DNA of 64,000 bases from Desulfobacterales bacterium (GTDB taxonomy: Bacteria > Desulfobacterota > Desulfobacteria > Desulfobacterales > UBA5852). The position numbers were made by a program, and so were the translations under genes. Below the pieces are notes generated by a model. It saw nothing but the letters and a program-made list of their open reading frames with translations. It was not told where the DNA came from and did not search any database. This document shows, one piece after another, positions 1 through 10,386 of this stretch. The stretch covers positions 1,312,001 through 1,376,000 of the forward strand of contig CAXXVS010000002.1 of the NCBI GenBank assembly GCA_963674755.2, given 5' to 3'. Every line of letters begins with the position of its first letter. Within the stretch, counting starts at the first letter, position 1.

Positions 1-1
1 C

Positions 2-292
2 GAAGGCCTCCTGATCGTTTCGGCCGACCATGGCAATGCGGACGATATGTTCGAACGCAACAAAAAAACAGGCGCCGTCATGATCGAAGACGGCACAGGC
101 CTTCCCAAAACCAAGACCTCCCATTCCCTCAACCCGGTTCCGGTGTATATTTACGAGCCCACCGGCCGCATACCCCTGCGGCTTTCCCGGCACAAGGATC
201 TGGGCATCAGCAGCCTGGCCGCAACAACCCTGACCCTGCTGGGGTTTGAACCGCCGGCGGATTATACGCCGAGTATTGTGGATCTCGGATGA
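2..292 (+). CDS. gpmI: 2,3-bisphosphoglycerate-independent phosphoglycerate mutase, C-terminal part (5' truncated by window)
   Basis: Frame from base 2 reads EGLLIVSADHGNADDM...KTSHSLNPVP, containing the ADHGN and TxHxxNPVP metal-binding motifs of iPGM; directly upstream of pgk. Confidence 0.9.
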   Translation, partial: EGLLIVSADHGNADDMFERNKKTGAVMIEDGTGLPKTKTSHSLNPVPVYIYEPTGRIPLRLSRHKDLGISSLAATTLTLLGFEPPADYTPSIVDLG

Positions 293-392
293 ACCCTCTC
301 GATTCACGACTGCTCAGCCCCCAGTCGCGACCGGTCGTATACTGAAAACGTGGCACGCGCAAATTTGACGAAAATACTAAGCGAGGTGAAGC

Positions 393-1589
393 ATGGCAAA
401 ACTGACGGTGGATGATTTGGTCGTAGAAGACCAAAGGGTATTGATGCGTGTGGATTTCAACGTCCCGCTCAAAGACGGGCAGGTGGCGGACGATACGCGT
501 ATCCGGGCCGCCCTGCCGACGATTCAAACCATCCTGGCGCGCGGCGGCCGTCTGGTGCTCATGTCCCATCTGGGCCGCCCCAAAGGGCAGCGCGTGCCCG
601 AACTCTCCCTGGCGCCCTGCGCCCGGGTCCTGCAAGATCTGCTGCAGCAGCCGGTGACCTTCGTGGACGACTGTATCGGTCCGGCCGTGGAAGCCGCCGC
701 CGACCTGCTGAGCAACGGTGAGCTCATGCTGCTGGAGAACCTGCGCTTCCACCGGGAGGAAACCGACAACAATCCGGGGTTTGCCGCCAAGTTGGCCCGC
801 CTGGGGGATGTCTACGTCAACGATGCCTTCGGCACGGCCCATCGCGCCCACGCCTCCACGGAAGGGGTCACCCACCATATCGATCTGTGTGCCGCCGGAT
901 ATCTGCTGATGAAAGAGATCAACTATCTCGGGCGGGTTATCGAAACACCCCAAAAGCCGTTCGTGGCCGTTCTGGGCGGCGCCAAGATCTCCGGCAAAAT
1001 CGATGTGATCGATCACCTGCTGGACAAGGTGGACCATATTCTCGTGGGCGGCGGCATGGCCTATACTTTTTTCAAAGCCCAAGGTTACGGCATCGGTACT
1101 TCGCTGTTGGAGGAAGATCGCGTCGACATGGCCCGCCGCCTTCTGGAAAAAGCCAACGGCAAGATCATCCTGCCCAGCGACACCCTGGTCACCGACCGGC
1201 TTGATATCAAAGAGGGCACCATCGGGAACCTCAAGGCCGTGCCGGTGGACGCCATCCCCGATGGCTGGTGCGGCGTGGATATCGGGCCCCAGACCCTTAC
1301 AAACTATGGCCGGACCCTGCGTGCGGCCCGTACCGTGGTGTGGAACGGCCCCATGGGAATCTTCGAGCTGCCGGCCAGTGCCGAAGGAACCTTCGCCCTG
1401 GCTCGCCTTATGGCCGATATTACCGCCGCCGGGGCGATCACGGTGATCGGGGGCGGCGACTCGGCCCGGGCCGTAGCAGATGCCGGTGTGGCTCAGAACG
1501 TCTCGCATGTCTCCACCGGGGGCGGCGCTTCGCTCGAGATGCTGGAGGGCAAGGTCCTACCCGGTCTGGCGGCCTTGACGGATAAATGA
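393..1589 (+). CDS. pgk: phosphoglycerate kinase
   Basis: [62 protein letters not shown] motifs; GAGGTG RBS. Confidence 0.98.
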   Translation: MAKLTVDDLVVEDQRVLMRVDFNVPLKDGQVADDTRIRAALPTIQTILARGGRLVLMSHLGRPKGQRVPELSLAPCARVLQDLLQQPVTFVDDCIGPAVEAAADLLSNGELMLLENLRFHREETDNNPGFAAKLARLGDVYVNDAFGTAHRAHASTEGVTHHIDLCAAGYLLMKEINYLGRVIETPQKPFVAVLGGAKISGKIDVIDHLLDKVDHILVGGGMAYTFFKAQGYGIGTSLLEEDRVDMARRLLEKANGKIILPSDTLVTDRLDIKEGTIGNLKAVPVDAIPDGWCGVDIGPQTLTNYGRTLRAARTVVWNGPMGIFELPASAEGTFALARLMADITAAGAITVIGGGDSARAVADAGVAQNVSHVSTGGGASLEMLEGKVLPGLAALTDK

Positions 1590-1600
1590 AGGGGGTCCCC

Positions 1601-3727
1601 ATGACAGCGGTCAACGACCTGTTAAACCAAGTACGCCAAGGCTTTCAGGGCCTCGATGTCCCCGACCGATACAAGAACAGGGCGCTGGAATGGCTTACCC
1701 GCTGGATGACCGATCCGGTCTTCCAGGACTATCGGCCCCAGATCAGCTACCTGATCGAAACCCAACGCTGGGAGTTTCTGCTGGATGCCTTCTACCAGGT
1801 CATTCCTTTCGGCACCGGCGGCCGCCGGGGCCTGGTGGGGATCGGCCCCAACCGCATCAACCCCTGGACCATCCGCTCTTCCGCCCAGGGACATGCCCAG
1901 TACCTGATCCAGCAGTTCGGCGACGAGGCCCGGCGACGCGGCATCGTGTTGACCTATGACGTGCGACGTTTTTCCGAAAAGCAGCCCTATGCCCAGGATC
2001 GGCCCAATCCGGTGCAGAATCTGGACGGACGGGATCTGGCCGTGGCGGCCGCGGAAGTCTATGCGGCCAACGGCATCCGCGTCTATATGTTCGACGGGGT
2101 GCGCAGCACACCCCAGTTGTCCTTCACCATCCGCCATCTTAACGGCATCTCCGGAGACATGTTCAGCGCCAGCCACAACCTGCCCAGCGACAACGGCAAA
2201 AAAGTCTATGACCGCTTCGGCGGCCAATTGATCCCGCCGGAGGATCAAACTCTGGTGGATGAAGTCAGCGAGCATGTCTCCCGGATTCGCACCCTGCCCT
2301 ACCGGGAGGCAGTGGAGCAGGGGCTCATCCACCCACTCGGCGAAGAAGCGGATCAGGCCTACCAGCAGGCCGTGGCTGCCTTGAGCCGCTCCGGGGAACG
2401 CGGCATCCGTCTGCTCTACGCGCCCCTGCACGGCACCGGACTGACATCGGTCTACCCGATTTTAAAACAGCTGGGCTTCGACATCACCCTGGATCCGGCC
2501 ACCGCCAACCTGAGCGGCGCTTTCGAAAATGTCACCTTCCACATCCCCAACCCGGAAGTACGACAGTCCTTCGACAGTGCCCTGCCCCATGCCGCGAAGA
2601 TCCAGGCCGATCTGATCTTAAGCACCGATCCCGATGCGGATCGTATCGGGATCATGGTCCGCCACCAGGACGACTGGGTGTTTTTAACCGGCAACGAGAT
2701 CGGGATTCTGCTGGCCCACTACGGCATCCGTCAGGCCGAAGACCGCGGGGATTTGGGGGCCGACAGCACGATTATCAAGACCGATGTGACAACCTCGCTC
2801 ATTGCACGCCTGGCCGAATCCAAGGGCGTGTCGTGTATCGGCGACTTGCTGGTGGGGTTTAAATATATCGGGGCGGAGATGAACCGGCTGGACACCGCCG
2901 GGAAGATGCCGGGGTTTATTTTGGGGACCGAAGAAAGCCATGGCTACCTGATGGGCAACTATGCCCGGGACAAGGACGCCGCCGGGGCCGCCATCTGGAT
3001 GGCGGAATACGCCGCCGAACTCAAGCGCACAGGCCTGACCCTGGTGGACCAGCTTGAGCGCATCTATGCCGCCCATGGGTATTGCCACAACCATCTGACC
3101 GAAATCCGGCTGCTGGGCGCCGTGGGCATGGAGCAGATCGGGAGCATCATGGACGAGCTGCGCCGGCGGCCGCCGGAGGCCTTCGGTGATTTCGGCGTGC
3201 AATCCAAGCGCGACCGCTGGGAAGGCCCGCCCCAGCCGCACCTTTCCAGCACCGACACGGCCGCGCGCAACGTGCTCGTGTTTCACCTCCGGAACACAGA
3301 CGCGACCAGCAGCATGCGCGTGACCGTTCGCCCCTCGGGTACGGAACCCAAGGTCAAGATGTACTTCGAGGTGGTCGGCAAGCCTTGCCCGCTCGCGCAG
3401 CTCGACGCCGCCCGGGCCGCGATCCGTAAAACCGGCGAACACATCGAAAAGGCGGTCATGTTGCACTGCTACCGCATTCTGGGAATTGATTTTCCGGAAC
3501 GGGGCTTCCTCCTGTTCTGGCAGCTGCCCCTGACCGACAAACTGCATTATTTCGAGATCGAAGACGACATCGCCGCCTTGCAGCAATTGGCATCCCCTGG
3601 TGAGCGTCAAAATCGCCTGAATGCGATGCTGGCCTTTCTGGGCGCCAATCCGATCGAAAAAATTGACGACGCCTTCAAGGCCCGCTACGGGGAAAGCCTT
3701 CGCTCGTATCTGAAGATTGTGCCCTGA
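1601..3727 (+). CDS. alpha-D-phosphohexomutase (phosphoglucomutase/phosphomannomutase) with C-terminal extension
   Basis: FGTGGRRG, SASHN phosphoserine loop, DPDADR metal loop, GTEESHG, RPSGTEPKVK; start at 1601 or 1586. Confidence 0.92.
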   Translation: MTAVNDLLNQVRQGFQGLDVPDRYKNRALEWLTRWMTDPVFQDYRPQISYLIETQRWEFLLDAFYQVIPFGTGGRRGLVGIGPNRINPWTIRSSAQGHAQYLIQQFGDEARRRGIVLTYDVRRFSEKQPYAQDRPNPVQNLDGRDLAVAAAEVYAANGIRVYMFDGVRSTPQLSFTIRHLNGISGDMFSASHNLPSDNGKKVYDRFGGQLIPPEDQTLVDEVSEHVSRIRTLPYREAVEQGLIHPLGEEADQAYQQAVAALSRSGERGIRLLYAPLHGTGLTSVYPILKQLGFDITLDPATANLSGAFENVTFHIPNPEVRQSFDSALPHAAKIQADLILSTDPDADRIGIMVRHQDDWVFLTGNEIGILLAHYGIRQAEDRGDLGADSTIIKTDVTTSLIARLAESKGVSCIGDLLVGFKYIGAEMNRLDTAGKMPGFILGTEESHGYLMGNYARDKDAAGAAIWMAEYAAELKRTGLTLVDQLERIYAAHGYCHNHLTEIRLLGAVGMEQIGSIMDELRRRPPEAFGDFGVQSKRDRWEGPPQPHLSSTDTAARNVLVFHLRNTDATSSMRVTVRPSGTEPKVKMYFEVVGKPCPLAQLDAARAAIRKTGEHIEKAVMLHCYRILGIDFPERGFLLFWQLPLTDKLHYFEIEDDIAALQQLASPGERQNRLNAMLAFLGANPIEKIDDAFKARYGESLRSYLKIVP

Positions 3728-3873
3728 GGCCTGGATAAAGGCTGTCAGGGCAGCCATTCGGGGACGGCTTCTTTCGCGCGCGAATTCGGTGCCTGGCGCG
3801 AAGGGGAAAAACGGCAGCGTCGTTCGGCTCGTGTTTGTCCCGAAATGGTTGATTTTAGCTGATAGGAGGGTCC

Positions 3874-5181
3874 ATGGCGCCTGACGACAAACGCTTCCAA
3901 TCCCGCCATATCGGTATCATCTCCACCCGCATCGCCGGCACCGACGGGGTTTCTCTGGAGACTGAAAAGTGGGCCGACGTTTTGGAGAAAGAAGGATTCA
4001 GCTGCTTTTATCTGGCCGGCGAACTGGACCGCCCGCCCGAACGCAGCATCGTGGTGGCGGAGGCTCATTTTACCCACCCCGACATCCAGGGCATTTACCG
4101 CGACTGCTTCGACCGCGAAATCCGCCAACGCCGCACCACCGAAAAACTCCACAGGCTCAAAAACCTTCTCAAGGATCATTTGGAAACATTCGTGAGACGC
4201 TTCGATCTCGGCCTGCTGCTGATCGAAAACGCCCTGACGATACCCCTGAACATCCCCTTAGGCGTCGCTCTGACCGAGTTCATCATGGAAACCGGCATCC
4301 CGACCATCGCCCACCACCACGATTTCTACTGGGAGCGCGACCGATTCACCAATAACGCCGTTGCCGACTATTTGAGTCTGGCGTTTCCGCCCAACCTGCC
4401 CAGTATCCGGCATGTGGTCATCAACTCCCACGCCAGCACGCAATTGAGCCTGCGCACCGGCATTTCCGCCCTGGTGTGCCCCAACGTCATGGATTTTGCC
4501 AACCCGCCGGAGCCGCCCGACGACTACGCCGCCGATGTGCGCCAGGCCCTGGGGTTGGAGGACGACGAACTATTGATTCTCCAGCCCACCCGGGTCGTCC
4601 AGCGCAAGGGCATCGAGCATGCCATCGAGCTGGTGCACCGCCTGGGCCGCAAGGCCAAATTGATCATATCCCATGCCTCGGGCGATGAAGGCTATGACTA
4701 CGAGCTGCGCCTGCGGGATTATTCCGATCTCATGGGGGTCAACACCCTCTTTGTCTCGGACATCATCAACGAGCATCGCGGCACGACGGACGACGGTCGC
4801 AAGATCTACACCCTGGAGGACATCTACCCCTTTGCCGACCTGGTGACCTACCCTTCCACTTTCGAAGGGTTCGGCAATGCCTTTCTGGAAGCAGTCTACT
4901 TTCGCAAACCCATCGTGGTGAACAACTATTCCATCTACCACAAGGACATCAAGCCCAAGGGCTTCCAAGTCATCGAAATCGACGGTTACGTGACCGAAGA
5001 GGCCGTCCAGAAAGCCTGCTGGGTGCTCAATGACCAGCGGTTGTGCAAACGCATGGTCGATCACAACTATGAACTGGGCCGCCGCTACTTTTCATATGAA
5101 GTACTGCACTCCCAGCTCAGGGCTTTCATGATGGTCAATCGTATGGGGGGGCGTGACGGTATACGGGGTGAAATTGGATGA
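3874..5181 (+). CDS. GT4 glycosyltransferase, resembling the mannosylglucosylglycerate synthase (MggS)-like subfamily
   Basis: N-terminal GTDGVSLE, HHHDFYWER, QPTRVVQRKGIE, YPSTFEGFGNAFLE (GT-B E-x7-E); AGGAGG RBS. Confidence 0.85.
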   Translation: MAPDDKRFQSRHIGIISTRIAGTDGVSLETEKWADVLEKEGFSCFYLAGELDRPPERSIVVAEAHFTHPDIQGIYRDCFDREIRQRRTTEKLHRLKNLLKDHLETFVRRFDLGLLLIENALTIPLNIPLGVALTEFIMETGIPTIAHHHDFYWERDRFTNNAVADYLSLAFPPNLPSIRHVVINSHASTQLSLRTGISALVCPNVMDFANPPEPPDDYAADVRQALGLEDDELLILQPTRVVQRKGIEHAIELVHRLGRKAKLIISHASGDEGYDYELRLRDYSDLMGVNTLFVSDIINEHRGTTDDGRKIYTLEDIYPFADLVTYPSTFEGFGNAFLEAVYFRKPIVVNNYSIYHKDIKPKGFQVIEIDGYVTEEAVQKACWVLNDQRLCKRMVDHNYELGRRYFSYEVLHSQLRAFMMVNRMGGRDGIRGEIG

Positions 5182-5266
5182 ACGGGGTGAGCGCAGTGTC
5201 ATCACAGCCAGCCCGCCGAACAGGCGGGGATCGAAGCCAAGCCGCCTTCCGGTTCCTGGGCGGGCG

Positions 5267-7519
5267 TCACCCCTCCCGGCCAAGCGTGTCCTTGATGGTC
5301 TCCGCCAGCCCATTGCGCACCACAGGTTTGTAGATCAGCTTGCGGACACCTATCTGGCGTGCGCGCTCTTCGTTCATCCGCTCGTTGAAGCCCGTGCACA
5401 GGATGATGGGCATATCCGGCCGGATTCGGAGAAGGGCGCGTGATAATTCATCCCCGGCCATCTCCGGCATGGTCATGTCAGTGATGACCAGATCGAAGGC
5501 CTGGGGCGTATCGGCGAAGGCCTGCAGCGCCTCACGGCTGCTCGTATATGCCTTCACCCGGTAGCCTAGGGAATCCAGTATCAGCTGCATGACATGCGCC
5601 ACCTGAGGTTCGTCGTCCACCACCAGGATCGTTTCCTGCCGGCCGGCCGTCGTCACACTTATTCCAGTCGTTTCCGGAACTTGAGCAACCACGTGGTGGG
5701 CCGGCAAAAAGATACGGAAGACAGTCCCCCGTCCCGGCTCGCTTTCGACCTGTATATCCCCCCCGCAGTTCTTGACGATACCGTGGACGACGGACAGCCC
5801 CATGCCGGTCCCCTTGCCTTTGCCTTTGGTTGTAAAATAGGGGTCGAAAATACGGTCTATAATCTCCGGTGCAATCCCCTGGCCGGTATCGGCCACCGTC
5901 AATTGAACACTGCGGCGGTTTTCATCCCCACCACCCGCAAGGCCCGTGCCGGCGTACCCTTGGCGGTCGTCAAGGGTAATGGTGAGGACCCCGCCACTTG
6001 TCTCCATGGCATGGGCGGCATTGGTGGCCAGATTCATCACGACCTGGTGCAGCTGGGTGGGGTCCGCCATCACGGTTGCATCCGAATGAAGGGCTTCCCG
6101 AATGGCGATGGTAGCAGGGATGGAGGCCCGCAGCAGTTTGACAGCCTCCCGCACCACACTGCTGAAGCGGACCGGTTTAGGCGCGATCTCCGCCTGGCGG
6201 CTAAAGGTCAGGATCTGTTGGGTGAGATCCTTGGCCCGGTGGGCGGCCTTGAGAATTTCATTCAGGTAGCCGTCCACCGGAGACCGGCCCCGGCAGTCTT
6301 CCAGCGCAATTTCGCTGTATCCCAGAATCGCGGCCAAAATATTGTTGAAATCGTGGGCAATGCCGCCGGCCAGGGTGCCGATGGCTTCCATCTTCTGGGC
6401 CTGGCGCAGCTTGGTTTCCAGCTCAATTTTCTCTTCCTGGATGCTGGTCAGTTCCGTAATATCCATGGCGATCTGCAAGCGCACCAGCCGACCGTCAATC
6501 CAACGGATGGCCCGGTCGAAATTCAGATAGCGCCGCCCGGTAACCGGGTTGCTGCCCTCCCAGACATGCAGCCCCGTGGCCTGGCCGTCAGCGTCCACAA
6601 TGGCCGCACTGATACAGGGATCACAGGGTGTCTCCCTGTTTTGAAACACTTCCCAGCATTTGGCGCCGGTCTTATCACCACCAAAGCTTTCGCGCATGTG
6701 CCGATTCATGAGCAGGATGTCATGGTTTTCAATATCGGCCACGAAGACGTCCGCATCGATGCTGTCCAGAACGGTCACCAGGATTTCGTGGGAATGCGTG
6801 ATCTCTTCTTCGGCCCGGCGGCGCTCGGCAAATTCACGCTTCAAATCGTCGTTGGCTTTCCGCAGTTCCAGATGTTTTTCCGCCAGCGAGCGGCCTGTCG
6901 CCTGCTGCTTTTCGAGCACCGTCTTAAGCCCTCGCAGCAAAACAGCGATCGAAAGCGTAACAACGGTGTCCAACAAAAGAAAGTTGGCGCTGATCACCCA
7001 CCATTTGTCGGCCATATTCGCGGGGATAAAAGCGATCGTCAGATGACCGGTCGCCAGGGTAATGCCAAAACAAATCACGGTTGCGGCATTGATCGCCAGG
7101 GAGACCATCGCCGGTCTCAGACCGAAAAGGAGACTGGTCATGATCGGGAACGCAAAAAGCCAGATCGGCCCGGCGGCAAAGGGTCCCAAGCGGATGAGAA
7201 GTGCCACCCCCAGAAAATAAATAAACGCCAGCAGCATGCCCGCCCGCAGGGTAAACGCAACCCGCCGTGCTAACGTCCCCCATACGAACCAAGCATACCC
7301 AAGGGTATCGAAAACCGCCAGCCACCAGATTTTTTCAACGATGGACAGATAAACGCTGGGGAGATAGGCGATAGCGCCCAAAAGCGCCACGGCGCGATAA
7401 ATCACATCCAGAATGCGCTCGCGCCAGTACATGATGCTGCTGGCCGTCGTCGTTTCCTGAGGCTCGCCCCGCGGATATAGGGTGCCTAAAACCCTTGTGA
7501 TGCTATCCCCGAAGATCAT
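5267..7519 (-). CDS. membrane-bound hybrid sensor histidine kinase (TM-PAS-HisKA-HATPase-REC)
   Basis: Hydrophobic N-terminus; [13 protein letters not shown]-box; [25 protein letters not shown] boxes; receiver VVDDE...TDMTMP...KP. Confidence 0.95.
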   Translation of the reverse strand: MIFGDSITRVLGTLYPRGEPQETTTASSIMYWRERILDVIYRAVALLGAIAYLPSVYLSIVEKIWWLAVFDTLGYAWFVWGTLARRVAFTLRAGMLLAFIYFLGVALLIRLGPFAAGPIWLFAFPIMTSLLFGLRPAMVSLAINAATVICFGITLATGHLTIAFIPANMADKWWVISANFLLLDTVVTLSIAVLLRGLKTVLEKQQATGRSLAEKHLELRKANDDLKREFAERRRAEEEITHSHEILVTVLDSIDADVFVADIENHDILLMNRHMRESFGGDKTGAKCWEVFQNRETPCDPCISAAIVDADGQATGLHVWEGSNPVTGRRYLNFDRAIRWIDGRLVRLQIAMDITELTSIQEEKIELETKLRQAQKMEAIGTLAGGIAHDFNNILAAILGYSEIALEDCRGRSPVDGYLNEILKAAHRAKDLTQQILTFSRQAEIAPKPVRFSSVVREAVKLLRASIPATIAIREALHSDATVMADPTQLHQVVMNLATNAAHAMETSGGVLTITLDDRQGYAGTGLAGGGDENRRSVQLTVADTGQGIAPEIIDRIFDPYFTTKGKGKGTGMGLSVVHGIVKNCGGDIQVESEPGRGTVFRIFLPAHHVVAQVPETTGISVTTAGRQETILVVDDEPQVAHVMQLILDSLGYRVKAYTSSREALQAFADTPQAFDLVITDMTMPEMAGDELSRALLRIRPDMPIILCTGFNERMNEERARQIGVRKLIYKPVVRNGLAETIKDTLGREG

Positions 7520-7639
7520 TGAGCGTCCTTCCCGGTGGTGTATTGTCGGACCCGGCAACTTTGATACTTGATTTTGGTGCGGGAACTGCTAATTTGGTGA
7601 TCATAACATCATCCCCAACCGGTTTGGCGGGAGGTTACG

Positions 7640-8284
7640 ATGAAAACGAAATGGATAGGTGCCTCACTTGTACTGGTCATGATGGCTGCCGGCCCTCTGC
7701 TTGCCGATTCGGTCTATTTCTGGACCGATGAAGCCGGGGTCCGTCATTACAGCAATACCGGTATCCCACCCGGAGTTCAAGAATCCAGCGAACGCCCCGA
7801 AGAATTCTCCCCAGCCCCCAGCCCTGAGTCAAACGATGCGTCCGGGAACGACAGCGCCAGTAAACCCTCGCCGGATACATGGTCCGGGGATACACCCGAA
7901 GAAAAAGAGGCGGCCGCTGACAGCACCAAAAAAATGGATAAACGGCTGGCCGCCAGGGTCGAGAAAGAGCGCGCCCGTCTGGGGGCCGAAATCAAGCGGA
8001 TCCAGAATCTGTCCATCGGCAATTCTTTTACGCCGGGTATGAAGGACGCCATGGTCAAACCCCTCGAAGAGCAACTGGCGCTGCTCAATGCCGATCCGGA
8101 GCGCTATTTCCGGATGAAACGCGAAGGTGCTTTCGACAACGGTTCCGGCGGCAACGCCCCGCCTGCGAGTAGTCCTCTCGGCAACTCCTTAGAATCTTTT
8201 GAAGGTTCCTCCTCGTCAGGCCAATCCTCGACGGGCGAAGTGAATCCTCCCGTGGGGGAATCCGGAAGCCCTCCTTCCGAATAA
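7640..8284 (+). CDS. exported DUF4124-like protein
   Basis: Signal peptide then VYFWTDEAGVRHYSN; Ser/Pro-rich linkers; GGAGG RBS. Confidence 0.75.
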   Translation: MKTKWIGASLVLVMMAAGPLLADSVYFWTDEAGVRHYSNTGIPPGVQESSERPEEFSPAPSPESNDASGNDSASKPSPDTWSGDTPEEKEAAADSTKKMDKRLAARVEKERARLGAEIKRIQNLSIGNSFTPGMKDAMVKPLEEQLALLNADPERYFRMKREGAFDNGSGGNAPPASSPLGNSLESFEGSSSSGQSSTGEVNPPVGESGSPPSE

Positions 8285-8367
8285 AGGTATTACGCTGAGG
8301 AACCATCCGAACAGGCGTGTTCACAGGGGGTAGCGATGTCCCTGCCGTGAAAAGCGCGTGCATTGAA

Positions 8368-8399
8368 GGGCGGCCCCCAGCAGGGCCGCTCTGTTCTGT
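8368..8399. terminator. hairpin terminator between convergent genes
   Basis: GGGCGGCCC-CCAGCA-GGGCCGCTC stem-loop followed by TGTTCTGT. Confidence 0.55.
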
Positions 8400-8405
8400 C
8401 TGGCG

Positions 8406-8807
8406 TCAGGCCATGGCCTGCAATACCTTCTTGACGGTGTTGCCGTCGGCTTTGCTGCCGAAATGTCCCATGATGTCCCCCATGGCCTGCATTTTGTTTT
8501 TATAGGTCGCGAAGTCGATATTCGCGTTGATCCATTCAGCAATTTCACGATCGGAAGCCATGACGGGCAAATAGGCCTCCAAGACCTTCAGATAGTCCGA
8601 GGGCCCGGCGGCGCCCTGCCGGTTCAGCACCTCCTTTTCGGACTTGATCAGCTTCTTGATCACCTGCAATACCTCCTTGTCCGACACGTCCTTTGCGGGA
8701 AGCCGGCCCAGCTCCCCGATGACGACGCGCAGGGCGTCCTTTTTAGGCGTGTCCTGAACCCTCATGGCCGCTTTTAAATCCGCTTTGATCTGCTCTTGTA
8801 ACTTCAT
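8406..8807 (-). CDS. yqeY: GatB/YqeY domain protein
   Basis: MKLQEQIKADLKAAMR...VLEAYLP...MGDIM...ADG pattern typical of YqeY. Confidence 0.85.
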   Translation of the reverse strand: MKLQEQIKADLKAAMRVQDTPKKDALRVVIGELGRLPAKDVSDKEVLQVIKKLIKSEKEVLNRQGAAGPSDYLKVLEAYLPVMASDREIAEWINANIDFATYKNKMQAMGDIMGHFGSKADGNTVKKVLQAMA

Positions 8808-9093
8808 CGGTGGGTATCCCTTGAAAAGGTCATGGTTTCCCGGCAGTCTTCGATGCGGTGCTTCCTTGGCGTGAAGCGGGAATCGTTGCGTGGCATTGGG
8901 TTTCAGACGCCGGCCTTTACCGTCGGGAGTCGCCTCCGGCAAGAACGGCCCTTGCACCGGGTATTAAGGGAGATGGTCTTTCTACGATACTGCGTGGCCC
9001 GCTAAAGTCAAGCCGTTGCATCCCCATGCCATTTATCCTATAGAGATGCCGCTTGGATAACCCCATTCTCCTTTAAGGGATATTTCGAACCCT

Positions 9094-10365
9094 ATGGACA
9101 CTGCTAACGCCCCCGTCGAATTGCTGGCGCCGGCGGGTAATTTCGAAAAACTGGAAACCGCCATTCACTTCGGTGCCGACGCCGTCTATCTGTCCGGCGA
9201 AGAGTTCAGCCTGCGTAATTTCTCCGGCAATTTCAGCCTCGATGGCCTTCATACGGCCGTCCGCTACGCCCACCGCCGTGGGGTACGTGTCTACGTGGCT
9301 TGCAACATCTATTCCCGCAATCAGGAGCAGGCGGCCCTAAACCGCTATCTGCAACAGCTGGCGGCCATCGGTCCCGACGCCGTGATCGTGTCCGACCCGG
9401 CCGTTTTTATGGCGGTTCGCAACATTCAGCCCGCGCTGCCGGTTCACATCAGCACCCAGGCCAACACCACGAATTATGCCGCCGCGCGATTCTGGCGCGA
9501 TCTCGGCGCCGAGCGCATTATTGCCGCCCGTGAACTGACCTTGGTGGAAATCGAGGAAATCGCCGCCTGCGGCGACATTGCCGTAGAAGTCTTTGTCCAT
9601 GGCGCCATGTGCATTTCCTACTCGGGCCGCTGCCTGCTCAGCAACTACCTTGCCCAGCGTGACAGCAACCGGGGCCGTTGTGCCCAGCCCTGCCGGTGGC
9701 AGTATGCCGTCGTCGAAGAAAAACGCCCGGGGCAATATCTCCCCCTGCACGAGGACGAGCGCGGGACTTATATTTTCAATTCACGCGACCTGTGCATGAT
9801 CGACCATATTCCCGCCCTCATCGAAAGCGGCATCCGGGCCCTCAAAATCGAGGGCCGCATGAAAGGCATCCATTATGTGGCCGCGACGGTCAAGGCCTAT
9901 CGCGAAGCCATCGATGCCTATTACCGCCGGCCGGAAAACTACGGGGTTGCCCGGGATTGGCGGAGTTTGGTGGACAGCGTCAACCAGCGCGGCTACTGCA
10001 CCGGCTTTTACTTTGGCGACCCGTCCCAGACCAGCCCCAATCTGGAACTGAAGAGGCCCTCCTATGAACACCGTCTGGTGGGCCGGATCGTTTCCGTGGA
10101 AAGCGCCGGCATCGCCATATTGGATGTGCGCAATCGGCTTGCGGGCGGCGAGGCTGTCGAGCTCCTCTCCCCCGGTCAACCGATACAAAAGGCCACCATC
10201 CAGGGCATGACCGACCTTGAGGGCGCCGCCCTCCCGGTGGCCCACGCGGGCAGGCAGGTCAGGCTGACCATAGGTGTGCCTTGCGGCATCAACGATTTGA
10301 TTCGCCGCCCTGACCCCTCAACCCGCCACCGGCGCCGATCGTCGATAGGCGCCGGTGGCCAATGA
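9094..10365 (+). CDS. peptidase U32 family Fe-S protein (TrhP/YegQ-like tRNA hydroxylase)
   Basis: ELLAPAG, GADAVY, HISTQAN, EVFVHGAMCISYSGRC...RGRCAQPCR (4 Cys), LKIEGR; C-terminal beta-barrel. Confidence 0.92.
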   Translation: MDTANAPVELLAPAGNFEKLETAIHFGADAVYLSGEEFSLRNFSGNFSLDGLHTAVRYAHRRGVRVYVACNIYSRNQEQAALNRYLQQLAAIGPDAVIVSDPAVFMAVRNIQPALPVHISTQANTTNYAAARFWRDLGAERIIAARELTLVEIEEIAACGDIAVEVFVHGAMCISYSGRCLLSNYLAQRDSNRGRCAQPCRWQYAVVEEKRPGQYLPLHEDERGTYIFNSRDLCMIDHIPALIESGIRALKIEGRMKGIHYVAATVKAYREAIDAYYRRPENYGVARDWRSLVDSVNQRGYCTGFYFGDPSQTSPNLELKRPSYEHRLVGRIVSVESAGIAILDVRNRLAGGEAVELLSPGQPIQKATIQGMTDLEGAALPVAHAGRQVRLTIGVPCGINDLIRRPDPSTRHRRRSSIGAGGQ

Positions 10366-10386
10366 CGAAAGGACATCCGCGCACCC

